Positions 1-12,278 of a DNA stretch of 64,000 nucleotides are shown in pieces; position 1 is the stretch's first letter; each line of letters starts with the position of its first letter. Below the pieces are notes generated by a model, which had not been told where the DNA came from, made no database searches, and saw nothing but the letters and a program-made list of their open reading frames with translations. The stretch comes from Fistulifera solaris (taxonomy: Eukaryota). The DNA lies in assembly GCA_030295235.1 (NCBI GenBank), contig AP026173.1:372001-436000 (forward strand). Reading direction: 5' to 3'. The translations under genes were made by a program, and so were the position numbers.

Positions 1-374
1 TACATGTTACCCAGGACGATAAAGAGTCGATGAGTGATGATTCAAAGACATATCAGAGGATATTACGTTGCTTTCAGAGCAAATTTGACATTATGGTGTG
101 ATTTTTTGTTAAAGCTTGCTGCGGTGTATTATTGCTACGTGATTTGAGTACCACGTATGCGTACGTGGCGAGGACTACCAAGGCTACGTTACTATTATAC
201 AACATACGCTACAAATACGACGATACTGTATCTAAGCCGTACCGCTGCTGTACGCTGTACATTTTCGCTGCTTGTTCGCACTTTTCAAAGGAATCGCCGT
301 GTTGAAAGGTAAGTTACCATGAAGATCTTTATTAACGTCTACTTTCCGACTCTTTTGTCTCTTTCTCATGAAAG

Positions 375-2160
375 ATGAAGTCTTTACTCACATTTGTGCT
401 TGCTTTTGATGTTTTGAAGGTTTGAAATCGCTTACAAAAAGTACAATTGACAAAGTCAAGTGTCCGCAGCATCGCAAAAAAGCAAGCAAAATGAAAAATA
501 AAAAGATTAATCCTATCGTTTGGCACGAGGGAGTTGCCTCTCTTCGTGTCGTTAGCTAACAAAGTACTCGAAAAGAAGGAGGATATTCGCAAGAGCACTG
601 GGTCTCAGTGGAAATCGAAGCAGTGGGTTCCTGCTAGCGGTTTCTCTGTCGAAGAGACGGTGAATATTGCAATTAGCTTTGGAGACCAATTCAAGGCTTT
701 GCAGCACACAGAGCATAGCGTCGTTCGTCGCGGTGAATTAACCACGCTTGACGCTGTCCTCGGCGACAGTTTCAAGATTTTGAGAAAGGAATTGAGTGAT
801 ATGGCTGCCTTTCAGACGAAGAGTACTGCGTCAGCGAGTGCCGTTACGGGTACGGCCGCAGCAGCGTCACTTGATCCTGTTGCTGGTGGTGGTGAAAAAG
901 CTGTTTCTGCTGCTTCGCAAACGTCCGTATTCGCGGTCGGAAAAAGAGTGATGTTGCGAAGAAAAGCCGGAAAGGTACGAAGGGTTCTCGTCGCAACGAA
1001 TGCAACGAACGTAGTTCATCATCCCGTTGCATCCCGTCTCCCGACCCGCAATCACGGCCTCTCTTCTACCAATCATCTACGTCCTGTTTCCAGCCAGTAG
1101 TACGGGGCTAGAGAAATGGCAGATCGGCGACAAGTTGATGGACTGGATGAAGGAGAATGATTACAATTCTTCTCCCGACTGGACTGCAATTAACGGCCTT
1201 GTCGAGAGTACCGGCATGAAGCCATCGCAAATAGTCGCTTGGACCGCAGAACTGGGAGCGAGTGTAGTTAAGCTCCGCGAGTGGTGGTGTTGCTGGTGAA
1301 GAATCAATTGGACTTCGAGTTGAAGTTGCAATGGAAAAACAGCCAGAAATCATCACAATCGAAGATGATGACGATGACGAAGACGAAGACGTTAGCCTCC
1401 GGAGCTCGCTGAAGAGAACGACAAGGATGATGATATCAGTAGCCTACTTGGACTCTCCGCGGACGAAATGATTGACGACTTTTACGCAAAGTATGCAGGA
1501 GTCAGTTTACCAGAAACCACGGAGGATGTTGATGTCGATGTTGCAGGTGGTGATGATGATGAAGCTAACTGGGATTCGCTCATTGCAGAGTATTTCGATG
1601 TCATGGACGCAGATGAGTTAGATGTTGTTGATGACGAAACGACAGTATGCTCTGTCGCAAAGCCGTGCAAGGTGCAACAAGATGCTTGCGAAGCTCACAG
1701 TAAAGCCCGCGAGTGAATTTGAGTCCGCGGGTGAAGCTGCGTTGGAGTCGTCGTGTTTGGAATCACTCGAGTCGTTGGAAGAGCTAGTCCTGGAGCTTGG
1801 CTTCAATTTTGATGATGACTGCGAGTGTGGAACTTCGAGTTTTTCATGCGTCGTCCAGGAAGGAACGAAGGACCCGTGCATTGACGGAATGTCATCAAAT
1901 TTGTTGCTTGGACAGTTGACTTCCGATGAAGATGCGTTGATCAAAGAGCTTGCCTTGTCCCTGCCTGGTGCTGACGGGGATCTTCACAGTCCATCCATGC
2001 GTATCCGGTCAGATTCGACGAACAGTTTGCTCCGACAGTGTGCTTCCTTGACCGAGTGAATGTTGAAGAATGGATTTTCATTTATCAAGCTTCCTATAGA
2101 TGCTGCTGCTGTCGCTGACCACCATTCCTTTCAAAGACTCCATCTCCGCCTTCGTAGCCA
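375..2160 (+). pseudogene. Multiply frameshifted ORF of unknown family (Lys-rich N-terminus, degenerate TALE homeodomain-like segment, long Asp/Glu-rich C-terminal half); possibly cargo of a repeat or mobile unit
   Basis: Consecutive + strand ORF pieces (534-1100, 1027-1299, 1468-1716, 1622-2059) can be joined by frameshifts. Possible 5' intron 309-374 (GTAAGT...AAG) before ATG 375. Boundaries are approximate. Confidence 0.45.
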
Positions 2161-2381
2161 TGATTTCCTTCCATTTCGTTTTCGTTTCGTGAATGAATCA
2201 ATTTCATGAGTTGTTCCTCCTTTGCTGTGGTTGTCTCCTGATTTGCTCGTCACCGTCTTCCAAATTTGTTCCATCTTTGAGAAAATGTACGTCATTTCTG
2301 CTATTCTCGTCCTAATTAAACATTAGTTTATAGAGTTTTTGTCGTAATTTACTCTACTTTGCTTTTTATCTACTTTGCTTC

Positions 2382-2485
2382 TTATTCGTGGTGACAAGCA
2401 CCCTAGTCTAGAGGTGTCTTCTTGAGCTTACCTGGTAAAAAACAACCTAGCCTCAATGACGGTGAGATAGTCGCGCGATCGCGCG
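2382..2485 (+). ncRNA. Candidate structured RNA, twister-ribozyme-like (circularly permuted variant)
   Basis: GG-T-GAC-AAG-C at 2390-2399, TAGAG-GTGTC at 2409-2418 and C-AA-CCTA-GC at 2443-2451 match the spacing of twister L4, P2/T1 and cleavage-site elements, with deviations. Several alternative helices are possible. Perfect palindrome CGCGCGATCGCGCG at 2472-2485. Confidence 0.3.
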
Positions 2486-2650
2486 GTTTTGCACGACGTA
2501 TGTACGTGGCTACTGTACCCTACGAAGTACACGCGAACGTGCCGTAATTTTTTGTCGTGCATGATCGCTTCAATGTTTTTCTCCTTCATTCTTTTTCAAC
2601 GACAAACGGCAAACGTGTGAGTAATTGACTAGCTATTGCTATTAAAAACC

Positions 2651-3811
2651 ATGTTTGGCCTCGGCAAGAAGAACGCGGGCCCTCCGGAGAAGCCAGGATA
2701 CGAAACAGCCCGAGGATGCACCGCTTTGGTGACGGGCTCGTCGGGTTTGTGCGGTGCTCGCCTCGTCGAAATGTTACTCGAACGAGGCGCCAAGCACGTC
2801 ATTTGCTTTGATCTTATGCCACCGGATGCTACTCTTAAGCAGCGTTTCGCGGAAGCGGAGAAGAAAACCAAGGGAAAGTTAACGATACTCAGTAAATTGG
2901 AAGGTGATCTCACCAATGACAAGGCCGTTATGGCTGCGTTTGAAAAGGATTCGAACATCGATGTGTGTTTTCACATTGCCGCCCTCGTCGGCCCATTTCA
3001 CGACAAAGAAAAATATCATGCGGTCAATTACGAAGGTACCTTAAATGTGATCAAGGCTTGTCGTGAGAAGAAAGTTCCCAAGCTCGTATATAGTAGCAGT
3101 CCATCGACTCGATTCACCGGTGGAGATATCACAGGCCAAACCGAAGATGAGCTTGCGATTCCTAATACTTTTCTAGCTCTCTACGCGGAAACGAAGGCGA
3201 TGGGTGAAAAGGCTGTGACTGAAGCGTGTTGTGATACGCTATTGACTGTTTCTGTCGCCCCGCATCAAGTATACGGTCATTATGATTCCTTATTTCTTCC
3301 GAATTTGCTCGAGACTGCCGGCAATGGTCGTCTTCGCATTTTCGGTAAAGGCGGAAACAAGATCAGTATGTGCCATGCCGACAACTATGCGCATGGGCTC
3401 ATGTGCGGAGCGGATGCTTTGTATCCCGGAAGTCCGGCACTGGCCAAATTCTACATTGTGACGGATGGTGCACCGGTGGATTTCTGGAAGACGCTGAATC
3501 AAGCGGTAGTCGCCATGGGTTTTACGGATCTATATTCCAAGTTTCATCTGCCGGCCTGGTTTTTGTATACGATAGCTTACGCGGCGAATGTTTTGGGTTT
3601 CCTACTGAATCGAAAATTCAAGTTGAATCCCTTCAATGTGAAAATGCTAACGATTCATCGCTACTTCTCGATTCAAAATGCACAGCGTGACCTTAAGTAC
3701 GTGCCAGTGCGTACATTTGAAGAGGCGTGGCCCGATACAATTGCTTGGTTCAAGGAAAACTGGCTGCCCGGCTTTCTGGAACGACAACGTAACTCGAAGA
3801 AAACTGATTGA
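2651..3811 (+). CDS. 3-beta-hydroxysteroid dehydrogenase / NSDHL(ERG26)-like sterol-4-alpha-carboxylate 3-dehydrogenase (extended SDR)
   Basis: Intact ORF with Rossmann motif VTGSSGLCG, HIAALVG, VNYEGT, YSSSPS, catalytic YAETK, PHQVYG, RYFSIQNAQRDLKY. Confidence 0.85.
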   Translation: MFGLGKKNAGPPEKPGYETARGCTALVTGSSGLCGARLVEMLLERGAKHVICFDLMPPDATLKQRFAEAEKKTKGKLTILSKLEGDLTNDKAVMAAFEKDSNIDVCFHIAALVGPFHDKEKYHAVNYEGTLNVIKACREKKVPKLVYSSSPSTRFTGGDITGQTEDELAIPNTFLALYAETKAMGEKAVTEACCDTLLTVSVAPHQVYGHYDSLFLPNLLETAGNGRLRIFGKGGNKISMCHADNYAHGLMCGADALYPGSPALAKFYIVTDGAPVDFWKTLNQAVVAMGFTDLYSKFHLPAWFLYTIAYAANVLGFLLNRKFKLNPFNVKMLTIHRYFSIQNAQRDLKYVPVRTFEEAWPDTIAWFKENWLPGFLERQRNSKKTD

Positions 3812-4096
3812 TGAGTAACAACGCTCGTGTTTTTAAAGAATCGGTTTATTTTAATCTACAAACGTGTTTTTATTATATGATGCTTTCTTTGAGTTTCGTA
3901 AGTGGTGATCTATGTAGATTCATCAGCTGGACGACTAGCGCGAAGCGCGAAAGTGACTGAGTCATTCATTCACGTAGAAAAGGTGCTGCGATGCGGTAGA
4001 AAACAGACGGTGCAGCATCGTTTTTTGCGGTTTTCGTCGTTTTGCTTCAACATGATGATGGAAAGGGCCCAACATTAAACAATATATTATCAAACC

Positions 4097-5446
4097 ATGA
4101 GAATAATAGTAATTCTGCAGTTCCTTTTTCAACTGAGACACCCCGCTGTAGCGTGGGTATCATCGCCCCGAATCGTCCCGACTTCTTTGGCGCTTTCTGT
4201 GCAGAAACGCTCCTCGGTGGCCGACGAGACGAAATTGGACGATGAAGATAACATCATTCCGATTGAGGGCGCTCAGTTCTTTGGTGGCAACAAGCAAAGG
4301 AAGAGTTCTTCGACCCAGTCGCCGAAGATCAGGCCGAATTAGAAACAAGGCAGTATTACGATCGATTTGCCGATACGCGGGCATTTCCAGATGCGACGGC
4401 CACAGCGGTCGCCCGATCCCTACAACAACAAATTAATCGTGTTCTTTATCAAGAAGAACAAAGTCAGGTAACAGAATTTACTTACAAGCCTTCGATGGAG
4501 TGGGAAACTTCGTTTCCTGTCAAAGAAGCGAATCCGTTGATGGAACTGAAGAATGCTCTTGCTTTTTTACGAGCACGTGGATGTCGCCATTACTTCCGCA
4601 AAATCGATCAACTCAAACACAATAGAAGTTCGATGGGAAATTGCTGTGGCATGGCCTATTTTCTGGGAGCCGCGTTTGCTTTTTTACAGGACAGTCGATC
4701 TTGTCGATGGATGGAAACACTATTACTCGACAAGTGGATACACTGGATGAGAAGGACCTGTTGTTTAGCGTTGCGAAGCAAATTTTCCCTCGATTTTGGG
4801 ATATTTATCATATTGGAATGACTCCATCCGCAGAATTGTCTCCTCGCTTTCCCCAATTCGGTCTTTTGAGGTCGTACAATTTGTATGAGTTGCCGGCACG
4901 GCTGTACTTACAGCCCACGCAGTTGGACACGGGGAAACGAATCGACAATACTGCAGCTATGATCCCCAATCATGCCTTTACATGTATCATCAAAACAATT
5001 GGCCCCCAAAAGCAAAGATATGTACCAACAACGCCGGTAGAAGTCAAATTGATCTCCCAAGGAGACGGCTTGCAAATTCAATGGCAAATTCCCTTGGCTG
5101 TGGAGTTCACATCACAAGCAACGCTAGCTCTTCCCGATGCCGATGAAGAAGCCGAAGTAAGTTTGAACCCAGCATGCGGGTATGAGTGGAAGGAATCGCG
5201 AAAGGTTGCAACTGTGCCGTATGGTGGCAGTCCACAAGATGAAGAGATTGCGAATCTTCGAAAGCAGCTATACAACCAGGTAATCAAAGACGGCTTGAAG
5301 CCTCGTATGGAAAACGGAAGACCCGTTTTCTTTTCTGGATGAACTCTGTGAAAGCATGTTATACTAGCAGCGGTCTGGGGATGGGAGTTTACGATTGGCG
5401 ACCTACATTTGTGAGAGCAAATGAAGTTGGTATCGAATTGGAATAA
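4097..5446 (+). CDS. Probable plastid-targeted DUF2358/SnoaL-like + SOUL heme-binding-like protein (several frameshifts)
   Basis: Signal-peptide-like MRIIVILQFLFQLRHPAVA followed by W (ASAFAP-type site). NTF2-like IEVRWEIAVAWPIFWEPRL. C-terminal RKVATVPYGG...LRKQLYNQVIKDGL...YDWRPTFVRANEVGIELE* resembles the SOUL terminus. The frame shifts several times. Confidence 0.6.
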
Positions 5447-5467
5447 TTGTCAAATATATGTCGCTAT

Positions 5468-8400
5468 TCAGCTCTGTTTACATTCTGGTCGCTCGTCATC
5501 ATTTCGCCGCTCGTTATTCACTTGTGTGTAATCCATTAATGACATTCGGGCGTTGCTCGTATCTTTCGCTTCCGATTCTCCTGCATCCTTATACGCTGTG
5601 CGTTTTCTCAAAGGTTGATAATCGGCACCAATTCCGAAGCTTGTTGATGGCTCATTATTTTGGGACATCGATGCATTGTCTTGATGTACAGAATTTGTGA
5701 CAAACGATTCTTTGACGGCTTCGTCTGGTCGATTCGATTGTTGTTCGTGTTTTTGAGTCGGTGCAAGAACATTTTCCGATGGCAGTGGTTCCTTGAAGGT
5801 CACCCGTGGTGGGCTTTTCGACGTTTTTGTGAGGGACTGTAGTCGTTGTCTAAGTTCAAGTTCGTATTCTTGCTTCTCCTTCATTGCTTTCATCAAACTA
5901 GGACTACGTTGTCTCGGGTCGGATTCAAAGAAGTTCCCAGGAGAAGCAGGATTACTTGTCCGGCTCAGCAAAAACGACGTATCCGGCTTTGACGGCTTAA
6001 CGGTTGGGATACCAGTCTTTCGATGTCTTGGTGAATTATCTTCGCGTGGCTTGAGTGCATTTTTTGGAGGAGTCCGAGGAGGAAGGCCATCAAGCATCTC
6101 CTGACCTCGATATTGGTTGTCAAAAATGTCTAGCTCGTTTTCTTCGCGTAAATCGTGTTGCAAAGCGTCTCTGAGTACTGTGTCATCATTCGTCAACTCC
6201 TGACGCTGTATTTGGAGCTTCAAAGACGTTATTTCTTCGTTTAATTGAGCAATCAATTCATCCTTTTCAGCTGCTCGCCGCTCGGCCTTTTCGACATCGA
6301 TTGACGCAGAATAGTTCTTCATCAGAAGTTCTCGTTTCTCGTCAACCAGATTCGATATATGTGCGTCATACTCGAACTTGATTTCTTTTAGTTTTTCGTT
6401 GGTCATTCCTCCCGATCTGCCGTAGTTGTGTTGCTCATCTTCGTCGTATTCGCTCATTACTGACTCTGGTATTACCCCAATAGCATGACTATAGCGAGAA
6501 GCTTTCTTCAATTCTCTGTTTTCTTCTAATAGTAGAGAGTACTCCTTTTGAAGCTTTTCGAGCTGTGACTGGAATTGTCCACCACCTCCTGTTCCTCGAA
6601 GCTGCCTCCTGCAACGGTCGTTATCCTCCTGAAGATCGAAATTTTCCCGCTCGAGTGACCTCATCTTTTCTTGACAAGTGTCCACCTCTATAGTGAGCTC
6701 GTTGACTTGAGCCGTAGAAAATTCTAGATGGTTTTTCAAAGAGGCAATCTTTCCTTCAAGCATCTCATGTTCACTTTCTTTTCCATTTTGAGCTTCTTCA
6801 AGTACGCATCAAGTTGTTGATTCTTTTCAAACAAAGCATCGAGCTCTTGCTTTGCTTGGTTCTTCGCTTCAGCAATCATGGCTTTTCCTTTCCTTACAAG
6901 CTTTTCCTTATCTTCTTTGGCGCCTTCTTTCATTCGCTCGATTTGTTCTTCGTATTCTCTTTGCAAACTTTCAATTCGCTCTTGTGAATTCTCTCTGTAC
7001 TGATTCAAACTAGAGGTTGACCTTTCTTGAAGATCATTATACTCCATTTTCCATTTTGATTCGGTGGCAAGTAATTTCGATTCGGAGTCTTCTTTTGTTT
7101 TGCAGTGAGCTTTTCTTTCTTCTTCAAGAAGCCTATTCATTGTCTTTTGGAGGTCATCAATGTCTTTCTTCGCTTTCGCTTCCAAAACTTCACGAGTTGC
7201 TTCCAAAGCTCGGTGCGCTTCGTCCGTTACCTCTTGCCGCGCTTTTCGAAGCTCGTCGATACTCTTTTTCTGATTTGCGTTCTCTTCCAACAAATTTTCG
7301 ATTTCGCTTCGTAGAGACGATGCCTGTGTCTGGGCAACTTGATGATCCTTTTCCGATTGCTGTAGCTTCTGGCCAACATCTTCTAGCTGCGACTCCAAGT
7401 CGACATTGGTTCTGTGCAGTCCAGAAAGCTTCTCTTCCGAAATAGCTAACAGCTCCTGTAGTTCGGATACTGTCTTTGACGAGCGCGCCAGTTCTGACGT
7501 AACTTGCGCTATCTCTGAGCCCAGCTCATTGATTCTTGCAGAGTGCTCGGAAGCCTTGGCTTCCACTGTGTTGTGCTTTTCTGTCCATTGGTCAACGTCT
7601 CGGTGGAGATCGGCATTTCGTTGTTCTGAATCGCTAAGAGATTGTGCCGTCGCGCTCAGTTTCTGCTCTAGTGTTCGACAGTGTTCATCGACCTCTGACT
7701 TCGCATGTTGTAAATCAGCCAGCTCCCTCGAAACATTATTTAACTCAGCTACCAACTTTCTTTCACGTTCCTCCGACTGGTAAAGAGTCTGGAGAGCTTT
7801 TTCCAGCTTATCCTTCGTTGAAAGATACTCCTTCTTGTATTTGTCACCCAATCGCTTTGTATCATCCAAGGTGTCAGCCATTTTCTGTACAGAGTCGTTA
7901 GATCGTTTTTCTGCGAATTCTCGAAGCTTTTTGTTTTCGTTCCTTAGGCGGTACAATTCTTCCATCACTTCTGGATTGAGCTCATTGATCCCCTCTCCGA
8001 CGCCTGATGTGGGCTCGCTTTGCGCCTTTTCATCTTCTTGAAGTCTCCTTCGAAGTTCATCCATCTGTTCCTTCTGGAGCATAGCCCCCTTCCACAAACT
8101 TTCGTTGACAGAAGACTGATCATTGGCCTTTTTCTCAAGTTTCTCTAATGCATCTTGGGTCTCAACAAGCTTCACCTCTGCTTCGATTGCTCGAACCTTG
8201 TAGTCTTCAAGCTGGCGCTTTAGCGGTGCTAACGTTTGAAGCTCACTTTCGAGTCTGACGATCTCGTCCACCGCATTCCCATGCGCCTCCTGTTCTCGTC
8301 GCAAAGCGTCTTTAATATCCTGAAGCTCGTTCATCCGCTCTTTGTACTTCCGTAGCTTTTCCGACAACTCCGGCAGAGCGCCTTGGTTTTGGTTCAGCAC

Positions 8401-9616
8401 CTCGATTTCTTCCTTGGCTTTCTGCAGCTCTTTGATTGCTTGTTCACCTCTGCTGGCCTTGTCCCGAATATCATGAAGCTGATTATTTAAGGCTTCCACA
8501 TGTTCCTTATATTTCGCAATTAATTCTTCCTCGCGGTCTAACGACTGTTTTTCGAGTTTCATCATTTCGTTGCGGTGGCGACCTTCAATCATCTCGAGTT
8601 TTCCTTGAAGTTTCTGCTCTCGCTGCTTGTACGTAACCATGTAGCTTTCGTATTTTACAATTCTCGAGTGCAGCTCACGAAAAACCATTTGCATTCTACC
8701 GGGAGACTCAAATGTTCCCGGACTTGGCATTGTATTTTCTGTGTAAGGGGACATCACGCGACGTGAAGCGTCTGGAGTGTAGCCGGAACTACGAATCGAG
8801 TCATTTGTTTTCCGAGAATTACTTCGCTCTGGACTAAGGTTGCTTTGAATTGGAGTCGCCATAGATGTGTTGGAGTCACTTTGTTCAATCGGATAAGAGC
8901 GCCCTGAGTTTGTGGATTGAGGCGGCTGTGGACTTCGTTCAGCTTCCGATCTGGGTGTCTCCAACAAGGATCGTCGCTGACGTAACGCAGATTTTGGTGG
9001 GGTCATAGAGCTCGAGCCGATCCCACGTGACGGAGACCTCTTTTTCGGTGTGCTTTTCCCACGACGCTCGATTAAAGACATCAACGTTTTCTGCACGGAT
9101 TTATTCAGCCCCATAATTTTCTCAATGTATTGACGACGCCGTTGCATATTAGGGGATTGAACTGCACAGTCGAGTAGATTGCTCAACACATAAAGTTTTA
9201 GTCGCGCAGGCGTCATTCGAGAGTCTGAGTCATCTCGATGCAGGTCCTTTGGAAGTGGGCGTGCCTTTGTCGAAGTCAGCATCAACAGTGAAGTCCAAAT
9301 TCGGTCTGTACCCGGCGATTTCCCAGCCATGTCTTGCAAATCAACCTGCGAGTCACATACTTCTTCTGCAATTTTCGAAATTGCGCTGAAGAACACAGGA
9401 AGGGTAGAGTTTGAGAGGACACGCATAATTACACAAGGAAAAACTAACTGCTGAGCGAGTTTCGTACCGAGTAACTTCAGGAGACGATAGGCGCTCAACA
9501 ACCATGTCAAGGTTCTTCAGAATTTCGGTTGAATTGACATTATCAAAGCTGAACAAATCAAACGTATTCAGCCAATCCAGGAGAGAAGCAAGTTCTTTGA
9601 TCTGCTCTGTGTTCAT
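5468..9616 (-). CDS. HOOK/CCDC88-family long coiled-coil protein (microtubule/dynein adaptor-like)
   Basis: N-terminus ELASLLDWLNTF resembles the Hook domain start. LKRQLEDYK and ELNPEVMEELYRLRNENKKLR resemble Hook coiled-coil motifs. Intron 9386-9467 joins exon 1 in frame. One frameshift near 6750. Confidence 0.7.
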
Positions 9617-10152
9617 GATGACGTTTATTGTTGTTCGTGGATCACGTCGCTCAAAACTCTTGTAAACTAGTTGCTAATCGTCTTGCTTTGACCACAAGCC
9701 TTTTCTCTTTACAAAGCTTGCTTTTGAAGGGCAACAAGCAACAACAAAGTGGCCTTGCTTGCCTATTGCAACAATGAATTTATTTGACAAAGATGGCTCG
9801 GCGCGCTTGTGTGACAATTTGTATTTTATACGAAACTGTATATAAGTACTTTATTTAATTATATGTAGTGTGCCAATTTCAGGTTTTGGATATCGAGTTG
9901 GAGCGGTCGGCGTTCCTCGGTTTCGTATATTTAGTACATTCCACATTCCACTTTGGAATTCTGAAATGCATCAGACACTTTCTACCACAGTGCAAAACGA
10001 ACTGGGAAAGGGCGCGAACACAAAAAAGACAAGAACATCATCGACGACACACAACGAAACTGCCTCTTGAAGAATGCTCTCTCGTACATCGCGTTGATAG
10101 GCTCATTCTGCAACGATCTTTGCAATGCATTCATTGAAGCTCAGTTCACGAG

Positions 10153-12169
10153 ATGACTAAAGATACGAAAGAAACAGGCGAAGACGAGTTTGCTTCAGAG
10201 TCGAACCATAACACAATGCCTCAATCAACGGCGGTGACAGGAGAACCTGGTCACGAAGACGCGACTGGCCGTGACAGTTCCCGCTATTTCTCTTTGAAAA
10301 CGCACGGATCATTTGACGAAGATCATTCTGTCGGTTGCAAGAGTCCTGATGGCTCTGACGAAGATATTAGTATCTTTCGAACTCGTTCTCTGCTCGACGA
10401 CGACGATGGGGAAGAAGCGGAAGGAGAGACGGGACCGGATGCAACTTTGCGAACAGCCAGTAATCTATCTGGCAACAAAGAGAGTTCAATCCGCGGTATC
10501 AGCAACAAACTGCAGCAACTTGTTCATGGGTCGCAGCCCTCCGTGCCGGCGGAAGGTCGTGAACTTGCTTGTCGACCTAGCGTCCTCTCGGTACATCTCG
10601 CAAATCAACACTCGTGGGACGGCTTTGTGCGTCGCGGTACGCGTCTGAAGACTTTTGTGGATGGCGCTATGCACAAAATTCGCGATTCGTTTGGAGCCGA
10701 AGGTGGGGAGAAACGTCAACATCCGTCGGGGCAAGAAAATCCCGTCAGCGAGCCGCCACAGCAACGTCGTCGTCTCGACCAGACCGACTTTGCGTCGTCC
10801 TTGGCACAAGAAAGAACGGCTGAAGTCATTCAGCTCCAGCGGGTAAGTTTGAAATTATCGGTGTGCGGCTTCATTACGTCGTTGTATTACTCATTTCTTT
10901 CCTTTCTAGCAACTAAAAGATTACGAGGTCCAAGCTTCCGCTATGAAGGCAGCCAATGACGCTTTGCGCGAAGAATCTGCTAGTATTCAGCAACGACTTG
11001 ATCGAACCACTCAAGCGCTTCGAGCTGCAGGTTCCAATGCACAGAAAGCACGCGCTGATGCCGATGCAGCACAAGCTACAGCAGCTAGCTTGGCGCAGAC
11101 GCTCGATTCCTTGGATACTGTTGTCACCGAGACAAAACGCGCTTCTCAGGTTCTGCATCAAGAACACCAGAAGATATCCTCCACGGTGTCTGTAATGGAA
11201 GGAAAGCTTATTCAAAAAGAAAGTGAATTGATGCGAGTGAACAAAGAGCTGAAGAGCCTGCGAGCTGAGAACACAGAGTTGGAGGTACTGAAAACAAAGT
11301 GGAGTGACGAACAGAAGCGTCTAAAGCAATCGTTGGATCTGCAGGACCAGGAGCTACGAGATTTGAAGCAGCTTCAAGGGGAACGTGATGCACTTGAGAA
11401 AGCACGGAAGATTCGCGCCGAGCAGGTAGAGAAAGAACTTCGTGAGACTCAAGAAATGTTGATGTCAGCAACTTCGGGGCAGGCACAAGCGGAGAAGATA
11501 CAGAAGGAGCTTCAAGAGACGATTTTGGAGCTTCGAAAGTCTAATGAAGATATTCATGCAAAGATGTCGCTCCAGCAATCTGCGAACGCTGATGAAGTAA
11601 GTCGCCTTTCCGAGGCACTGACGAAGACTGAGAAAGAAACGCAGAAGCTGCGCATCGAAGCGGAGGCAGCAGCGGAGACAATTCAGCGTTTGACGATGGA
11701 AAAAGAGTCCGCGAAGAAGCAAATATCTGACCTAAAAAGTCGTGCTCTGGCGGCGGAACATCGAGTGAAAGATCTCTCTAGTATGAGTTCCTTGTTTACT
11801 ACGCCGGAATCCCACACGAACCAGAAAGATGCTCGGACCGTATCTACGACGTCAACAACTCCAGCTGCAAGCAAATCTTTCGTTTTGCCGCCACTCAATG
11901 GGTCGGTCCCACACCCGATTCCTACTTCCACGGACAAAGAGAACACTATTTGGCATTCCAACGTTCCGCAGAGCAGCATCTGCTCCATTTGCTCTAAGGC
12001 TTCTTACGGACTAATGAAGCCATGTCAGTGCGGAAACAAAGCATGCACGAAAAAAGCTCACCTTTCCTGCGTCAATCGTATCCAACCCGGTCCGAGTGTA
12101 TCACATCCCGGAACTCCAGCTCCTCAGCTTCCTGTTGTTCTGTGCTCGGTGATTAGCTCTGGCAAGTGA
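10153..12169 (+). CDS. Coiled-coil protein with C-terminal PHD/RINGv-like zinc finger
   Basis: Intron 10843-10909 (GTAAGT...CTAG) joins the two ORFs in frame (QR|QLKDYEV). Long heptad region. C-terminal CSIC...CQC...C...H..C motif. Confidence 0.7.
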
Positions 12170-12278
12170 CCAACCTTATTATGAATTCTGCGATGCGCTG
12201 TGCCTAACAAGACTATTTCGCATTGTGGCGGGGTACCGGTAATTCTGAGGACCAAGACGGATTGTTTCATAACGTAAT

